In this document: piece after piece, positions 62,791 to 64,000 of the stretch
Layout of the letters: each line of letters begins with the position of its first letter
Numbering within the stretch: position 1 is the first letter of the stretch
From: Macrostomum lignano
Taxonomy: Eukaryota
Length of the DNA stretch: 64,000 bases
NCBI GenBank assembly: GCA_002269645.1
Contig: NIVC01003703.1
Span: 1 to 64,000 of the forward strand
Reading direction: 5' to 3'
The notes under the pieces: generated by a model
The model's input: only the letters and a program-made list of their open reading frames with translations
Databases searched by the model: none
Told to the model about the DNA's origin: nothing
Position numbers and translations under genes: made by a program

Positions 62791-63726
62791 TGATATAAAG
62801 AAAGTTTTCCACTCCAGTTTCTATATTTAGAACTCCTGATACGGACTTTGGCAGAGTTAATGCACCCCCTCCCCCTTGTCAGTCGGGTCAGCCACAGCGG
62901 CTGACACAGGGAGAAGTGGCATTTTAGACTGGAAAAAGCGAATGAGGGAAGGGCAGTCCGAGCTAATAAATCAATAATAAGCATCAGGGCCTCTCTGGGG
63001 GGGCAATAGTGCATCTTACTAATTATTCGATAGTGAAATAGACGGCTAATGCGGCTCACCTGGAAACTGCAGCCTGCCTGGATTCCTAATACGAGTAACC
63101 TAAGCTAACTTTATTGGAACTCGGCCTTTTTCTTCCCAGAGAGAGAGAGAGAATGCCAGAGAATGCTGCAAGATGTATTATACGAATATTCCCCATTTTG
63201 TCAGTAGTTTTTCCCCATTCTAGCCAGCCCTGGCCATGGCCTTCTTACTTCTCAGAGTCATTGGGAAGCTCTGTGAAGCCTTGGAGACGGTCTCTGTTCC
63301 CCATCTCCCTCCTCAGACCCCTCCATTCTCTTTCTCTCTCTCTGCGGGATTCGAGCGGAGTCGGGATTAATTCTGCCTGATGCCTTTCGGGCAATTTATC
63401 CGCATGGCCGAATTTCAGCGGCAGGGAGAATATCTCGATGCAGCCTGGCCCTGCTCAGTGATTATAGACAGTCATTTACAAGGCCGACCAGGGAGCATAT
63501 TTAGTAATAGTAAGTTCTCCGGGGGCTTAGTGAAGTTTATTATAAACTTTCCAGTATGGCCGCCAGGAAGTTTGCCTAATTTAATTAAACTGGCACGGCT
63601 CCTGGCCTTTGATCTTTTTTGAACCATCAGCTGAGCTGGCGGCGGTACTTTTTTGGATGCCAATTTGACTTTTATTTAGTAAAAAATGTTAACGAATTTG
63701 TGAAAGAAATTTTCGATTCAGAATGA

Positions 63727-64000
63727 GGCCGAGAGAGGATTTCAGAATTGGGAAGTCTATTTGAGAGGATTTCAGAATTGGGAAGTCTATTTGAGAGGAT
63801 TTCAGAATTGGGAATTCTATTTGAGAGGATTTCAGAATTGGGCAGTCTATTTGAGAGGGTTTCAGAATTGGGAAGTCTATTTGAGAGGATTTCAGAATTT
63901 TGGAATTCTATTTGAGGGGATTTCAGAATGGGGAATTCTATTTGAGGGGATTTCAGAATGGGGAATTCTATTTGAGAGGATTTCAGAATGGGGAATTCTA
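63727..64000. repeat. 30-bp minisatellite (GAGAGGATTTCAGAATTGGGAAGTCTATTT), runs off the window
   Basis: Period 30. Confidence 0.95.

Overview
Eukaryotic, intron-containing animal DNA with GC-rich exons, AT-rich spacers and very many minisatellites. The style fits the free-living flatworm Macrostomum (inference, not proven). Eight host genes can be assembled from GT-AG exons: an RNF217-like RBR E3 ligase (-, broken by three 1-nt frameshifts), a 6-exon GKAP/DLGAP-family protein (+), a secreted temptin-like protein (-), a TOX-like HMG-box protein (-), RCC1 with an unusual Ala-rich C-terminal tail (+), an ankyrin-repeat protein (+), a STE/MAP3K-like kinase (+) and the 5' part of a discoidin-domain receptor (DDR)-like gene (+). 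Mobile DNA includes a Harbinger-type element with a CAG TSD, two decayed Tc1/IS630-like elements, two MITEs, a probable non-autonomous Helitron, two tRNA-derived CORE-like SINEs and a 587-bp P-like element that still encodes a spliced THAP domain. About 25 unrelated tandem arrays are present; 12 of the 16 inferred introns carry a private array, and several arrays are built from splice-site or U1-like motifs. No CRISPR, rRNA or true tRNA gene was found. All calls were made by eye with no database search.
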